From positions 141,300,001 to 141,364,000 of the forward strand of contig CM059432.1 of the NCBI GenBank assembly GCA_030390025.1: DNA of 64,000 bases. The letters run 5' to 3'. The notes beneath the pieces are model-generated. The model saw only the letters and a list, made by a program, of their open reading frames with translations. It ran no database searches and was not told the origin of the DNA. This document shows, piece by piece, positions 45,553 through 58,288 of this stretch. Position 1 is the stretch's first letter; every line of letters starts with the position of its first letter. This DNA is from Squalus acanthias. Its lineage: Eukaryota. The translations under genes and the position numbers were made by a program.

Positions 45553-46057
45553 CATGATTCTAACTATCATGGGTTTGAAAATTCAATTCCCTAACTACAT
45601 CCCAGAATTATTTGGAAGTGCCTTTAAGTAAAATTATATTGAATTTGCTGCCTTTGCATAACAATATTGTAATCTTTAGAAGTGAAGATCTCCTTCTGAT
45701 TATGCAGACAGTGGAATGTAATCTATTTAGCTTTAACTTTTCTTCCAGTGAATTCTGTGCTCATCAAGGTGAGAGATGGGTTACATTTACATTTCAGGCG
45801 CCCAGTGTGAGCATAAAATACTACAAGGTCTGGTATGGAATAGTTACATTGCAGAGAAAAGCTTCACCCCATCGATATGTCTGAACCTCAGAAGGCCATC
45901 CCATACTACAATCAGTGTGACATTTTTCCATTACCCATCCTTACCCACTTTGTGGACTTTCTGTATGTTCTTGCCTATTAGCGCAGTGTTGGAGGAGCTT
46001 TGGGCCATGGATACACTTGGAACTGGTTTGAGACAGATCAAATTTATTTTACATAGT

Positions 46058-46607
46058 AACAATAACAACAACTTCCATTTATCTAGCGCCTTTAACGTAG
46101 TAAAACGTCCCAAGGCGCTTCACAGGAGCGATTATCAAACCAAGTTTGTCACCGAGCCACATAAGGAGATATTAGGACAGGTGTTGGTCAAAGAGGTAGG
46201 TTTTAATGAGCGTCTTAAAGGAGAAGAGTGAGGTAGAGAGGCGGAGAGGTTTAGGGAGGGAATTCCAGAGCTTAGGGCCCAGGCAACTGAAGGCAGGGCC
46301 GTCAATGGTGGAGCGATTAAAATCGGGGATGCGCAAGAGGCCAGAATTGGAGGAGCGCCGAGATCACAGAGGGTTGTAGGTCTGGAGGAGGTTACAGAGA
46401 TAGGGAGGGGTGAGGCCGTGGAGGGATTTGAATTAGAGGATGACAATTTTAAAATCGAGGCGTTGCTGGACTGGGAGCCAATGTAGGTCAGCGAGCACAG
46501 GGGGTGATGGGTGAACGGGGCTTGGTGTGAGTTAGGATACGGGCAGCAGTGTTTTGGATGAGCTGAAGTTTATGGAGGATGGAAGGTGGGAGGCCGGCCA
46601 GGAGAGC
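46058..46607 (-). mobile_element. L2 3' fragment
   Basis: LQLIQNTAARILTHTK; KLWNSLP; tail. Confidence 0.85.
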
Positions 46608-47133
46608 ACTTAAATCCCAACAGTCTGCGATAGCTTCAAACCCATATCCAGGAGTGCAAAGGCCAACTGAGCAGGCAACCAGCTCCCAGGCTTTGACAGA
46701 GCTCGATCTGTGCTGATAGTAAGAAACACGCGAGAATGGTGTTTCTTGAGCAGCTGCCCAGATATAACTTTCCCTCTGCCCAGTGTCGCTCCACAGTAAC
46801 ACAAAGGGTTCTGTGTTCAACCATCGATATTGTGCAGCAATGTCTCTTCTCCAAACTGCTGTGTCATTGCACTGCCCAACAATTAGCATAAACCGACTTT
46901 TGGGCAGTTTTCCACCAGCATTGAGTAATTAATAGCAGGAGATTTCCTATCCGACACGTAATAAAAAGACTGTGTGCTGCTGTAGTCTGATTGATCGGCT
47001 CCAATGGTTACGGAGCACATATTGGGGGCTATTTTAGCTCATAGTGCAAAATAGGTAATGTCGGATTGGCTGCCCATTATACACCCCGTCCGATTTACCT
47101 ATCCATTGGGATTTACTGCAGCCTTCATATACT

Positions 47134-47525
47134 GCCCCCTTCATCCACAACCCCCTTCATCCACAACCCCCTTCATCCAAAACCCCCTTCATACATACCA
47201 CCTTCATCCACAACCCCCTTCATCCAAAACCCCCTTCATCCAAAACCCCCTTCATCCAAAACCCCCTTCATACACAACCCCCTTCATCCAAAACCCCCTT
47301 CATACACAACCCCCTTCATCCAAAACCCCCTTCATACACAACCCCCTTCATCCAAAATCCCCTTCATACATACCACCTTCATCCAAAACCCCCTTCATCC
47401 ACAACCCCCTTCATCCAAAACCCCCTTCATACACAACCCCCTTCATCCAAAACCCCCTTCATACATACCACCTTCATCCAAAACCCCCTTCATCCAAAAC
47501 CCCCTTCATACATACCACCTTCATA
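47134..47525. repeat. Minisatellite, ~16-bp unit (aacccccttcatccaa / cacaacccccttcata)
   Basis: Direct inspection; it produces the spurious Pro-rich ORFs at 47058-47539. Confidence 0.9.
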
Positions 47526-48168
47526 AGAACATAAGATAAGAACTTAAGAATTAGGAGCAGGAGTAGGCCATACGGCTCTTCGAGCCTGCTATGCCATTCA
47601 ATAAGATCATGGCTGATCATCGACCTCAACTCCACTTTCCCGCCCATCCTCATATCCCTTGATTCCCCTAGAGTCCAAAAATCTCTCTATCTCAGCTTTG
47701 AATATATTCAATGACGTTGCATCCATAACCCTTTGGGGCAGTGAATTCCAAAGGTTCACAACCCTCTGAGTGAAGAAATTCCTCCTCATCTCAGTCTTCA
47801 ATGGTCGACCCCTTAACATGAGACTATGCCATCTCGATCTAGACTCTCCAGCCAGGGGAAACAACCTCTCAGCATCTACCCTGTCAATTCCCTCAGAATG
47901 TTATATGTTTAAATGAGATCACCTCTCATTCTTCTAAACTCCAGAGTGTATAGGCCCAATCTACTCAATCTCTCCTCACAGGACAACTCTCTCATCCCAG
48001 GGATCAATCTAGTGAACCTTTGTTACACTCACTCTAAGGCAAGTATGTCCTTCCTCAGATAAGGAGACCAAAATTGTGCACAGTACTTCAGGTGTGGTCT
48101 CACCAAAGCCCTGTACAATTGTAGTAAGACTTCCTTACTCTTGTACTCCAACCACCTTACAATAAAGG

Positions 48169-48490
48169 TCATACACATCCGCCTCCATACACATCCACCT
48201 CCATACGCTTCCACCTCCATACGCTTCCACCTCCATACACATCCGCCTTCATACACTACCGGCTTCATACACTACCGCCTTCATACACTACTGCCTTAAT
48301 AGACTACTGCCTTCATACACTACCGCCTTAATAGACTACTGCCTTAATAGACTACTGCCTTCATACACTACCGGCTTCATACACTACCGCCTTCATACAC
48401 TTCTGCCTTAATACACTACTGCCTTCATATACTACCGCCTTAATATACTACCGCCTTCATACACTACCGCCTTCATATACGACTGCCTTG
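48169..48490. repeat. Minisatellite, ~16-bp unit (actaccgccttcatac / acatccgcctccatac)
   Basis: Direct inspection. Confidence 0.9.
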
Positions 48491-49667
48491 TGTCACAGTG
48501 GAAATTCTATGCTCCAATAAAACTGAATGTTAAATGAAAAATTCTTTTGCCAGTGTAATCTCAGATCAAACAAGCAGCACAGAACATATAGCATCATAAC
48601 TCATTCTACTGAACCAATCTATTGAACCACCTTTAAAGTGCACAATGAAGAATGGTCTTTACACTCCTATCAGCTCCTTTCTAACTTTAGAAATGTTACT
48701 GACAGTAAGAGATTACTGAGCAAGTCTGTGTAAACACATATAAGTATGTGCACAAAAGGGTTTGTTTTTCCTCATTTTAGATTACTTGCGAGTGGGGCAG
48801 TAAGTATATAACTGGACCTCCAAACTTGCTCCCTTCTCTGAAATGTTCTAGCTACGTTGATGCAGCCTACCTCGGACATGAATTTTTCAGTTTCCACAAA
48901 TAGAAACTGAATGCTCAGCAGGAGAATAAAATAGACAGAAATAATGTGTCAGCTGGGGCCCAGTGGGAAGCACTCTTGCCTCGGAGGCAGAGGGTTGTGG
49001 GTTCATAGTCCCACCCCAGAGACTTGAGCATCTAATCTGGGCCGACACCGAGGTGCCGTCTCTTAATTTCTTGACATATCGGCCTCCAAAGGCCGACCAG
49101 TGGCTGGGGCTGCAGGAACATTCAGAGACCGTGCCCCCAGCCCCTATCCCCTCCTGTGGTAGTGGCCTTGTTTCGGGTGGGCAGAGACCATCAGGAAACA
49201 TCCAGGGCCAGGGCAGGGCCTGGTGTATCTGGGCCCTGGCCTAGTTATTAGGCGTGTGCGCCAGGTGGGCCAAAAAATCTTAGGCCCCTTGGTCCTCTTG
49301 GCTCCTTCATGGGGAATTTGGAGATTTTGTTTTGCTGCATCTGAAAGCCGTGCGGTTCAAGAAGGGTTTTCCTATCACTCAAACTAGTGATATCACGAGA
49401 AACCTCGCAATTTCCTCCTGACCACCTATTATTCTAAATAGGCTGAAGTCTACAGCAGAATAGAAACACATGCATTTAAACTGCAGTAATTTTCTTTTTT
49501 TTTCAAAATTAAAATTTTATTGCACTCACCAATTTTTCAATAGTGAATCTTTTGAATCAGATAAGACACCACAAAGACTGCCGGCTGGTAGCTTTTCACA
49601 GTTAGCAAAATACAGGCACTGAATATTAAAATTGCAATTGCACCATAAAATGCTTTATTTATTGTCA

Positions 49668-50900
49668 GTGGCTGTGGCTCAGTGGGTCACACTCTCGCCT
49701 CTCAGTCAGAAGGTCGTGGGTTCAAGTCCCTACTCCAGAGACTTAAGCACACAATCCAGCCTGACACTCCCAGTGCAGGACTGAGGGAGTGCCGCACTGT
49801 CAGAGGTGCCGTCTTTCGGATGAGGCAATGGCCCAGAAATTAAACAGTGAGTGTTCCCGCGGGGGTAAGGCTTCCCCGCGATATCTCACTCTGCGCCTAC
49901 CTTTTTCCTCTGGGCCCACACGAACTTTAGTTTCAAGGCCAGTCCCACATGCAGCCGTGCAGTGTGTGCGTATCCCAGAGGCGCAATTAGTTCGTGCGAG
50001 CTCTGGGATCACGTGATTCAGTTAGAGCCAATGGCAGCACACCATCTTTCATTCATAGTTTTCACAGCAAGAGCTGTCAAAGCTATGAATCCTACACACC
50101 CCCAAAAGAACAGCTAAACCTCAATTAAATTTAAAAAAAGCCATCACATTAATAAAATAAGTATAGTTAAATAAATTAACCACTTTAAACAAAAAATTAA
50201 ATTTTTGAAAATTTTTTAAATCTTTTTAAAAGTTATAAAAATAAACTTACCTTTCTTTAAAGTCTCTAAAAAAGATAAACCTGTTGAAAAAAATTTAAAA
50301 TAATACTTAATTAACTACTTACCTTGTTAAAAGAGGGTCTTACACCTCCTTTCTTCATGTGTAAAATCTTCCATGCTTACCTGCGCGTTCAAAGCTGCAA
50401 AAATAACTAAGTGCACTGCGTGCGCACAGCCTGTAGCGCGCACGCGGTTCACTTAGGAACCGCCCCCTTTTGAATTCACGAAGTGCCGGTTTCCCGCGCA
50501 TGCGCAGTGCATGCAGGAAACCGGCAATTGGAGACCTAAAACGCGAGAGTACACAGTGCGTACTCTCGCGTATTAGGTCTAATTTTCGGGCCATTAAACC
50601 TTATTAAGCCTGCCCTCTCAGGTGGATGTAAAAGATCCCATGGCGCTATTTTGAAGAAGAACGGGGAGGTCAACCCAGTGTCCTGGCCAATATTTATCCC
50701 TCAACCAACAACATTAAAACAGATTATCTGATCATTTATTTAATTGCTGTTTGTGGGACCTTGCTGTGGGCAAATTGGCTGCCGCATTTTTCTACATTAC
50801 AACAGTGACTACACTTCAAAAAGGTACTTTAATTGACTGTAAAGCGCTTTGGGATGTCCTGAGGTTGTGAAAGGTTCTGTATAAATGTGAGTCTTTCTTT
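49668..50900 (+). mobile_element. Deu-SINE split by MITE B
   Basis: Head 49668-49828, body 50593-50900. Confidence 0.8.
49830..50592 (-). mobile_element. MITE family B, opposite orientation, nested in a Deu-SINE
   Basis: Diverged reverse-complement homolog of 13884-14649; the SINE resumes after 50592. Confidence 0.7.
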
Positions 50901-50906
50901 ATCTAT

Positions 50907-51098
50907 GTGAGAAGTCGCACAACACCAGGTTATAGTTCAACAGCTTTATTTGAAATCACAAGCTTTCGGAGCGCTGCTCCTTCGTCAGGTGAAGTGTCGA
51001 TAGCTTGTGATTTCAAATAAAGCTGTTGGACTATAACCTGGTGTTGTGCGACTTCTCACATTTGTCCACCCCAGTCCAACACCGGCATCTCCACATCA
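50907..51098. mobile_element. Penelope pLTR mini-insertion (foldback); hammerhead motif at 50956-50992 (-)
   Basis: Same family as 59881; inverted arms, same tail, TSD ttctttatcta on both sides. Confidence 0.85.
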
Positions 51099-53707
51099 TT
51101 TCTTTATCTACACAAGGGTGTGAGAGGTGCTTTGGTCCCTATGTCTGGGGACATTGCAAATGCATCTTGAACATTTCCTCTATTCAGTATTCCCAATGAA
51201 ATCAGAAGTTGTAAATTATGGGTTTATAATTTCACTGTATATAAAGAACAGAGGAATTTTCACCAATAGTGAATTCATAATTTCTTAGCCCACGATCTTT
51301 CCAGAACATGCTCTATTCAAATCTAAATCTTCATTTTATCACTTTTAGCCTGGGTTCTCTGCTGTATTCAGTTTATTTCGCATATATTCAAGAGGTGTTT
51401 TTTTTTTTTACATGCATAAACCAACAATATAAATCATGTCAAATCATGTCCTGGCCAAAATTTCTCCCTCAACCAACATTACTAAAACAGATTATCTGGA
51501 CATTATCACATTGCTGTCTGTGGGAGCTTGTTGTGTGCAAATTGACTGCCACGTTGCCTACATTACAACAGCGACTACATTTCAAAAGTACTTCATTGGC
51601 TGTGAAGGGCTTTGGGACGTCCTGAGGTGGTGAAAGGCGCTATAGAAAACGCAAGTTCTTTCTTCTTTTACTTTTTTTAAAATGCCTTGTTGCACGTGAC
51701 ATTAATGTGTCAGAAATGATGTTCAGCACTTTCTGCCCCCCTGAACCAAATAAAAAAGTTACATTTTTCTGAAGGCATTGCTGCTTTAAAGTGAATGAAC
51801 ATCTGGCTACTTTCACTCCCCAACACTTTGCAGTTAAGTCGAGGCAATAGTCCGTGAATGGTTACATTGGACAGGGACTCAGCGCATAAACTGTTAAACG
51901 CTTCGATAAACTCAGCCATAAAACACATGTTTCAGATCTAACTGATGTTACATTCCGCAATGAATGTTTTTTTAAGAAGTTCACTCTGACTTATTTAGTA
52001 TTTATGAATACTTAAAAAAAAACACACACACAAGGAACCCCAGGGGATTACAACAAGAGATAATCACTAGTTAGTAGAAGCATAACCAATATTTATCAGA
52101 TTCCTTACATACTTTGTATTACGAGTTTTATGATCTTTCTGATGCATAATTGTATGAACCACAATGGTTATTAATATTATCGTAAATACAGCTTTGCTTC
52201 TAACGACTTTGGAACTGCTTTCGATTAAATTAAAATATACATATATTTTATCCAGATTTATTCAAAAACATTTTTGTGCTATATGGCTGAGATCTGTGTC
52301 GAAAAGATTTTACTTGTGGCCTCTCTCTCTCATTCCTTGGTAAAGGTTTTGTGGATTTTTTTTTTTACAAGTCAAATTTGTTGAGTTGCTAACAGTGGGT
52401 CTTTGAAGCATTGCCCAATGTTCTTCCTCATTGGTTAACTGCTTAAGTCTCTATTCTTATCTATCCTGTTGAATGTTGTGTTTTCTATTGTGTACCGCTT
52501 TAATTATTCAAAATTTGCGTTACACGAAACCTTTCTTCCCAATTACAATTACCTTCCCAGCCACATTGTACTATTGAAAAATCTACCCAATTGTGTTCCT
52601 GAAAAAAAAAACTCTCCGAGATTAACAAAGGCTGGGGCTCTTTCCTCTAGAAACGAGAAGGCGGAGGGGGTGACCTGATAGAGGTCTTTAAGATTATGAA
52701 GGGGTTCGATAGGGTAAACGTAGAGATGTTTCCACTTGTGGGGGAGACAAAAATTAGGGGCCATAAATATAAGATGGTCACTAATAAATCCAATAAGGAA
52801 TTCAGGAGAAACTTCTTTATCCAGAGAGTGGTGAGAATGTGGAACTCGCTGCCACAAGGAGTAGTTGAGGCGAATAGTGTAGATGCATTTATGGGGAAGC
52901 CAGATAAACACATGAGGGAGAAAGGAATAGAAGTTTATGTTGATAGAATGAGATCAAGTAGGGTGGGAGGAGGCTCGTGTGGAGCACCGGCATGGACCTC
53001 TGGGGCCGAATGGCCTGTTTCTGTGCTGTAAATTCTATGTAATTCTATGTAGATACAGCTGCCCTGACGGTTCCTCACCCAACCCACTATACCCCCCTAA
53101 AAATACAATTCATTACATAATAAGCGCAGAATAATTTCAACAACTTAGAAAAAAATGTCACAAACCTATCCATAAACTTGCCCGTCCCATCTTTCAGTCA
53201 CTCCCAACAGTTTCCGCCTACTCCTACCTGTCTGTGGGCGGGGGGGTTTGCTTTGTCTTGAGTACACCAGTATGCAATACTTCACAGCCTAGTCTGCGTA
53301 CCTGAGATCAGGTACTCTGTGCCAGGCACCCGGCCCGACAGCTCCCATGAGCCACCGTGTGATCACAGTGCACAAAACCCAAGTTTTCTGTGAGGCCGTT
53401 GCGACCAATTCAAGCAACTGAACTACAATTTCCAGACGCCCACCCCATCCCTCCTCCCCTCACCAACCCCCCCAGTGCCTTGACATCACTAAGAACCCTC
53501 CCATCCCAGTTAACCCTAGGCCCCATAGTTCACTGACATCCCTCCCAATCCAGCCTGGCTCAACTCAATGCCACTGAGCATTCTTGCAATAGTTGCCTTC
53601 TGTGGCCCCACACCTAGTAGAAAGTGAATGGCGGGGGGGGGGGGGGTAATTTTGGACTGGGTGATAATGTAAAATATGTGATATCGGATCAGCTGTCCAT
53701 TATACCA

Positions 53708-54172
53708 ACACGGTGGCACGGTGGTTAGCACTGGTGCCTCATAGCGCCAGGGACCCGGGTTCGAATCTGACCTCGGGTGACTGTCTGTGTGGAGTTTGCA
53801 CATTCTCCCCGTGTCTGCGTGGGTTTCCTCCGGGTGCTCCGGTTTCCTTCCACAGTCCAAAAATGTGCGGGTTAGGTTGATTTGGCTATGATAAATTGAC
53901 CCTTAGTGTTAGGGGGGGATTAAATATGTGGGGTTACGGGGATAGGATGGGATATGTTAGGGGGAATTAAATACGTGGGGTTACGGGGGTAGGGTGGGAT
54001 ATGTGTCGGTGCAGGCTCGATGGGCCGAGATGGCCTCTATCTGTACTGTGGGGATTCTGTGTGAGAAAGCAGGGACAGGGTACTGGATTTGGATGATCAG
54101 CCATGATCGTATTGAATGGTGGAGCAGGCTCGACGGCCGAATGGCCTACTCCTGGCTCCTAGTTTCTATGTT
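53708..54172 (+). mobile_element. V-SINE (HE1-type), full length, with CR1/HER1-derived tail
   Basis: tRNA A box ggtggcacggtggttagc, B box ggttcgaatc, V-domain gtgtggagtttgcacattctccccgtgtctgcgtgggtttcctccggg. Confidence 0.85.
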
Positions 54173-55604
54173 TATACATCTCTCCCATGATTTTAAATTT
54201 CTACTGAATTCAATGGGAATGAAAATCGGGAGGGATGTAGATCGGGCGGCTGATCAGAAGGTCATGGGTTCAAGTCCCACTCCAGTGCACAGAATCCACT
54301 GAAACCTCTCAAAGCACTTCACACAATCTTTGGAGTCCAGTGACTGCTCTGTGGAAAACCAGCCAGCAACATCTTACAAACAACCTCGAGATGAAAGACC
54401 AATTACTTTGCTTTTTGGGGGTACTGGGTGAGGGTGGAATGTTGGGCAGGACACCAGGACAACCATTTGGTCTTCTTTGAACAATGCGATTGGATTGTTA
54501 ATGTCCACCTGAAGTACCAGTAGAGGCAGATGGTGCTTTGGTTAAACATTGAGTAGATTAGGCCTATATTCCCTAGAGTTTAGAAGAATGAGAGGCAATC
54601 TCATTAAAACATAAAATTCTTAAGGAGCTTGACAGGGTAGATGCTGGGAGGATGTTTCCCTGGCTGGGGAGTCTAGAACCAGGGGTCACAGTCGCAGAAT
54701 ATGGGGTCAGCCATTTAGGGCTGAGATGAGGAGAAATATCTTCACTCAAAGGGTTGTGAATCTTTAGAATCCTCTACTCCTGAGGGCTGTGGATGATCAT
54801 TCGTTGAGTATATTCAAGAAAGAGATCGATAGATTTTTGGATACTAAGGGATATGGGGATCGGGCGGGCAGGTGTAGTTGAGGTAGAAGATCAGCCATGA
54901 TCTTATTGAATGGCGTAGCAGGCTTAAAGGGGCGAATGGCCTCCTCCTGCTCCTATTTTATTATATTTAATACATCTCACTCAAAGAATTGTACTGTGAC
55001 AAAAATGGAGTATTTTTGTCCGTGTTTTACGGATCTTCCCTTTCTACTTCATTTCTTAGCTTAAATCTGGCTCTTTTAAAGAAGATACCATCCTCAGCTG
55101 CAACTTCATGGTGGGTAACGGCCTCATAATCCTTTGCTTGAAGTACATCAGAAGAAAGGGAACCAAGCATTCCTTTGAAAGACTTTCGTATATTAGTTAT
55201 AAAAATATTGGAGATGGGGGAGAAAAAGGCTGTTTGACCGGGTGGGGCAATTGGAGGAGAGAGGTCATGTGACAAAACCTCCACGAAAAGTGTCGACAAC
55301 CTTAGCTGCTACTGTTTAACTTTGAGGATGCTGATCTGTGAATAAACTTGTTTGCCAATCCAGCCTGTTACAAAAGCATGACTGATACTAATTATCTTCT
55401 AAAGTGACAGGGGCACAAGTGGAAACACTTCACATAAATCCAAAGCCAATGATTTATTATTCACCCTGGGCATGCTATCCCAGAATACTTTCAGCATAAG
55501 GGAGTTGACTTTTGAGTTGGAATGAGAAAAACACATCTGAAGAAGCTGGAATCGGAATGCCCTTGACAGTGGAGTATGCTCTCGGTGCTTCGCTCAAGTT
55601 TCAG

Positions 55605-56060
55605 CGGTGGCTCGGCGAGTAGCTCACTCGCCTCTGGGTTCATAGTCCCACTCCAGAGACTGGAGCACAGAATCCAGGCTGGACACTCCCAGTGCAGTGC
55701 TGAGGGAGTGCTGCACTGTCGGAGGTGCCGTCTTTCAGATGAAACATTAAAACCGAGGTCTCGTCTGCTCTCTCAGGTGGATGTAAAAGATCCCGTGGCA
55801 CTATTTCAAAGAAGAGCAGGGGAAGTTATCCCTGGTGTCCTGGGCTGATATTTATCCCTCACCCAACCTCACTAAAAAAAAAATCAGATTATCTGGTCAT
55901 TTATCACATTGCTGTTTGTGGGAGCTTGCCGTTTGCAGATTGGCTGCCGTGTTTCCTACATTTCCAACAGTGACTACACCTCAAAAGTACTTCATTGGTT
56001 GCAAAGCGCTTTGGGATGTCCTGAGGTCGCGAAAGGCGCTATAGAAATGCAAGTCTTGCT
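55605..56060 (+). mobile_element. Deu-SINE
   Basis: Full family match. Confidence 0.85.
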
Positions 56061-58288
56061 TTACTTGCGGATTATAAATTCAAAGTCCGGGTATGGGGGT
56101 CAACCCACAATCCTCTGACCTAATTAGTTACAAGGTGAATTAAAGTCTCCAATGGATTAATGGCCAAGTACCTAATCTGGTGTGGCCCCAAGCAATACAG
56201 ACCAGGAAAGACTCAGGTTCCTTCTGTAAGTCTGTTCTGATCTCAACTGGATACCATTTGTGGCACTATGATTGATGTCAGTGCCCCTCGGGGGTTAGGA
56301 AGGGAAATATTAGGTAGGATTTCTGCCTCTCAGAAAAAATAAACCAAAGAAAACTTGAATAATACTTAAATGTTCAAAATGCAAATTAAATCTCTGAATG
56401 GGTCAACTAAAAAAAACACCAGGTAGAACTTAAAACTAGCCTTCTCTTTGTAAATGCTGTACACATCAGGTCCGAAGTACAGTCTTACTAGAAGAGGTTA
56501 ACGGTGAAGATTAAACCACATATGCTTCATTTTTGGGGGTCTCTGACTAGAGTGCACACTAAAATGATTTCAATAAATCGCTCAGTTTTAAAATGTGCTT
56601 TCAGTCGGATCATGATTTTTTTTGCAGTTACAGCGAATAGCTTTTTGAGTCTCGCCTAAACAACTCATCCCCACTGCTGCTAAAACAATCTACGTACAAT
56701 GGACTACGAATGTAAAATCTGGATACGTTTGCTGTACATGTCCTGCTGTTACGGCCCCAGAGTTCAGCGGTTCGAATACCTCACGGTTCCTTGGTCATTA
56801 CATTTTTTTACTTGCTAATTAACTACATCTTGCTAATATGTCTCAGCTTCCTCTGTATGGTATTTTAATCAGAGAGAGTTGACTTCTGAATACGAATAAC
56901 CTACCCCACCCCCACTGGGGAGATCATTGTTCTTATTGAACTTGCCGAGGGCTATTTTCTAAGGATTAATGGTGTGATGGATAAACCAGACTAGGTTTGA
57001 TTGGAGTGCACCGAATTGGGATTGGTCCCCAAGCGAAGGAGCTACTAATGAAAACATTACAAAACGTCAAGATATCCCGACAGCACCTGCGGGCCAATCT
57101 GGGGAGAGGGGTGGGGGGGGGGGCACATGTTTAACTGCAGCGCCATCGAGAGTGCGGTGGGAAGTGCATGTACTACGCTCCCCCAATGGCCCCACCCAGA
57201 GGCCCGAACCATTTTGAAGACCGGGCGATTGAGGGGGGGCGTGATGGGGGAGGGGGGCATCTAAATATTATGGGCGAGCTGCCAGCACTCAACGTGCCAA
57301 CGCGTGTAACTCTTCGTAGGGGGCTGGGGGGGGTGGGGGGGGGGTGGAAATCTGCCAACTCCCCTGGAACCCAGCCAGAAATCAAGTCTGGACTGGGGAG
57401 GAGGGGCAGGGGGAGAGGGCATTAAGCGGTCCGACGAAGTTCTATGTCAAAAAGTCTTACATAGCATTTCCAGCACATGAACAGGCCATTCGGCTCAACC
57501 GGTCCGTCCACACGAGCCTCCTCCCACCCTACCTCACCTCACCCTGTCGACATATCCCTTCTTCTGGTGCCATTTTAGGAGCAGCCTCTTGCGGTCCCTT
57601 TAAGGATCGCGCTCAGGCCGCTCGATGCCCGATGCCAATCGAGGAAGCTGTCTGAATAGAAAAAAAGCTACCCGGAGAGGCAGAGTTTGTGCGGGTCTCT
57701 AAAGGGTTGCTCCACGCTACTTTGTTGCTGGGTGAGAGAGGAAAAGATTTCTACTCAACCCAGCTACAAAAGTTTGATCCAGAGGTATATCTTCCGACAA
57801 AGCGATTGCAGTTATCAAGATTCAGCTGAATTAAAACCAGCTGATTTGGCTGAAACCCTTATTTTCCAAACCCCAATCTATTCAAGTTGATTATATATAT
57901 TACCAATTAATAACTGCTCATTCCCAGTGATCAAACATACCTGACCCGCACACAACTAACTATTACTTGCGCATTTCACAATTGCAAAGTTTAAAGTGCT
58001 AAATTTAGGAACATCGGAACAGGAGTAGGCCAATAAGCCCCTCGAGCCTGTTTCTCCATTCAATGAGATCATGGCTGGTCTGTACGTTAACTCCATCTAC
58101 CCGCCTTGGTTCAGTAACCCTTGATACCCTTGCCTACCAAAAATCTACAAATCTCAGTTTTGACATTTTCAATTGACCCCCTCAGTCTCCACAGTTTTTT
58201 TGGGAGAGAGTTCCAGATTTCCAATACCCTTTGTGTGAGGAAGTGCTTCCTGACGTCATCGCTGAACAGCCTAGCTCTAAATTTTAAG

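Noticed and set aside
47058..47539. Pro/His-rich ORFs of 157-158 aa resembling extensin or adhesive proteins
   Set aside because: They are translations of a 16-bp minisatellite with no splice or codon support
48871..48950. Hydrophobic stretch (IISVYFILLLSIQFLFV) before a gtagg donor; possible alternative signal-peptide exon
   Set aside because: No start codon or acceptor upstream (it abuts a SINE head), and its phase-0 end is incompatible with the phase-1 exon at 39151
49530..49620. AG...gtgagt-bounded candidate exon on the minus strand
   Set aside because: Stop codon in the phase required by neighbouring exons; no collagen XIV similarity
53708..53780. tRNA-like sequences with A and B boxes (also in Deu-SINE heads)
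   Set aside because: They are SINE heads continuing into V or Deu domains, not tRNA genes
55027..55299. ORF ending RARFKLRNEVEREDP, faintly like the COL14A1 linker (FRIKDLEKRKDP)
   Set aside because: No suitable splice sites, an immediate stop, and its 5' part is a hAT-MITE fragment
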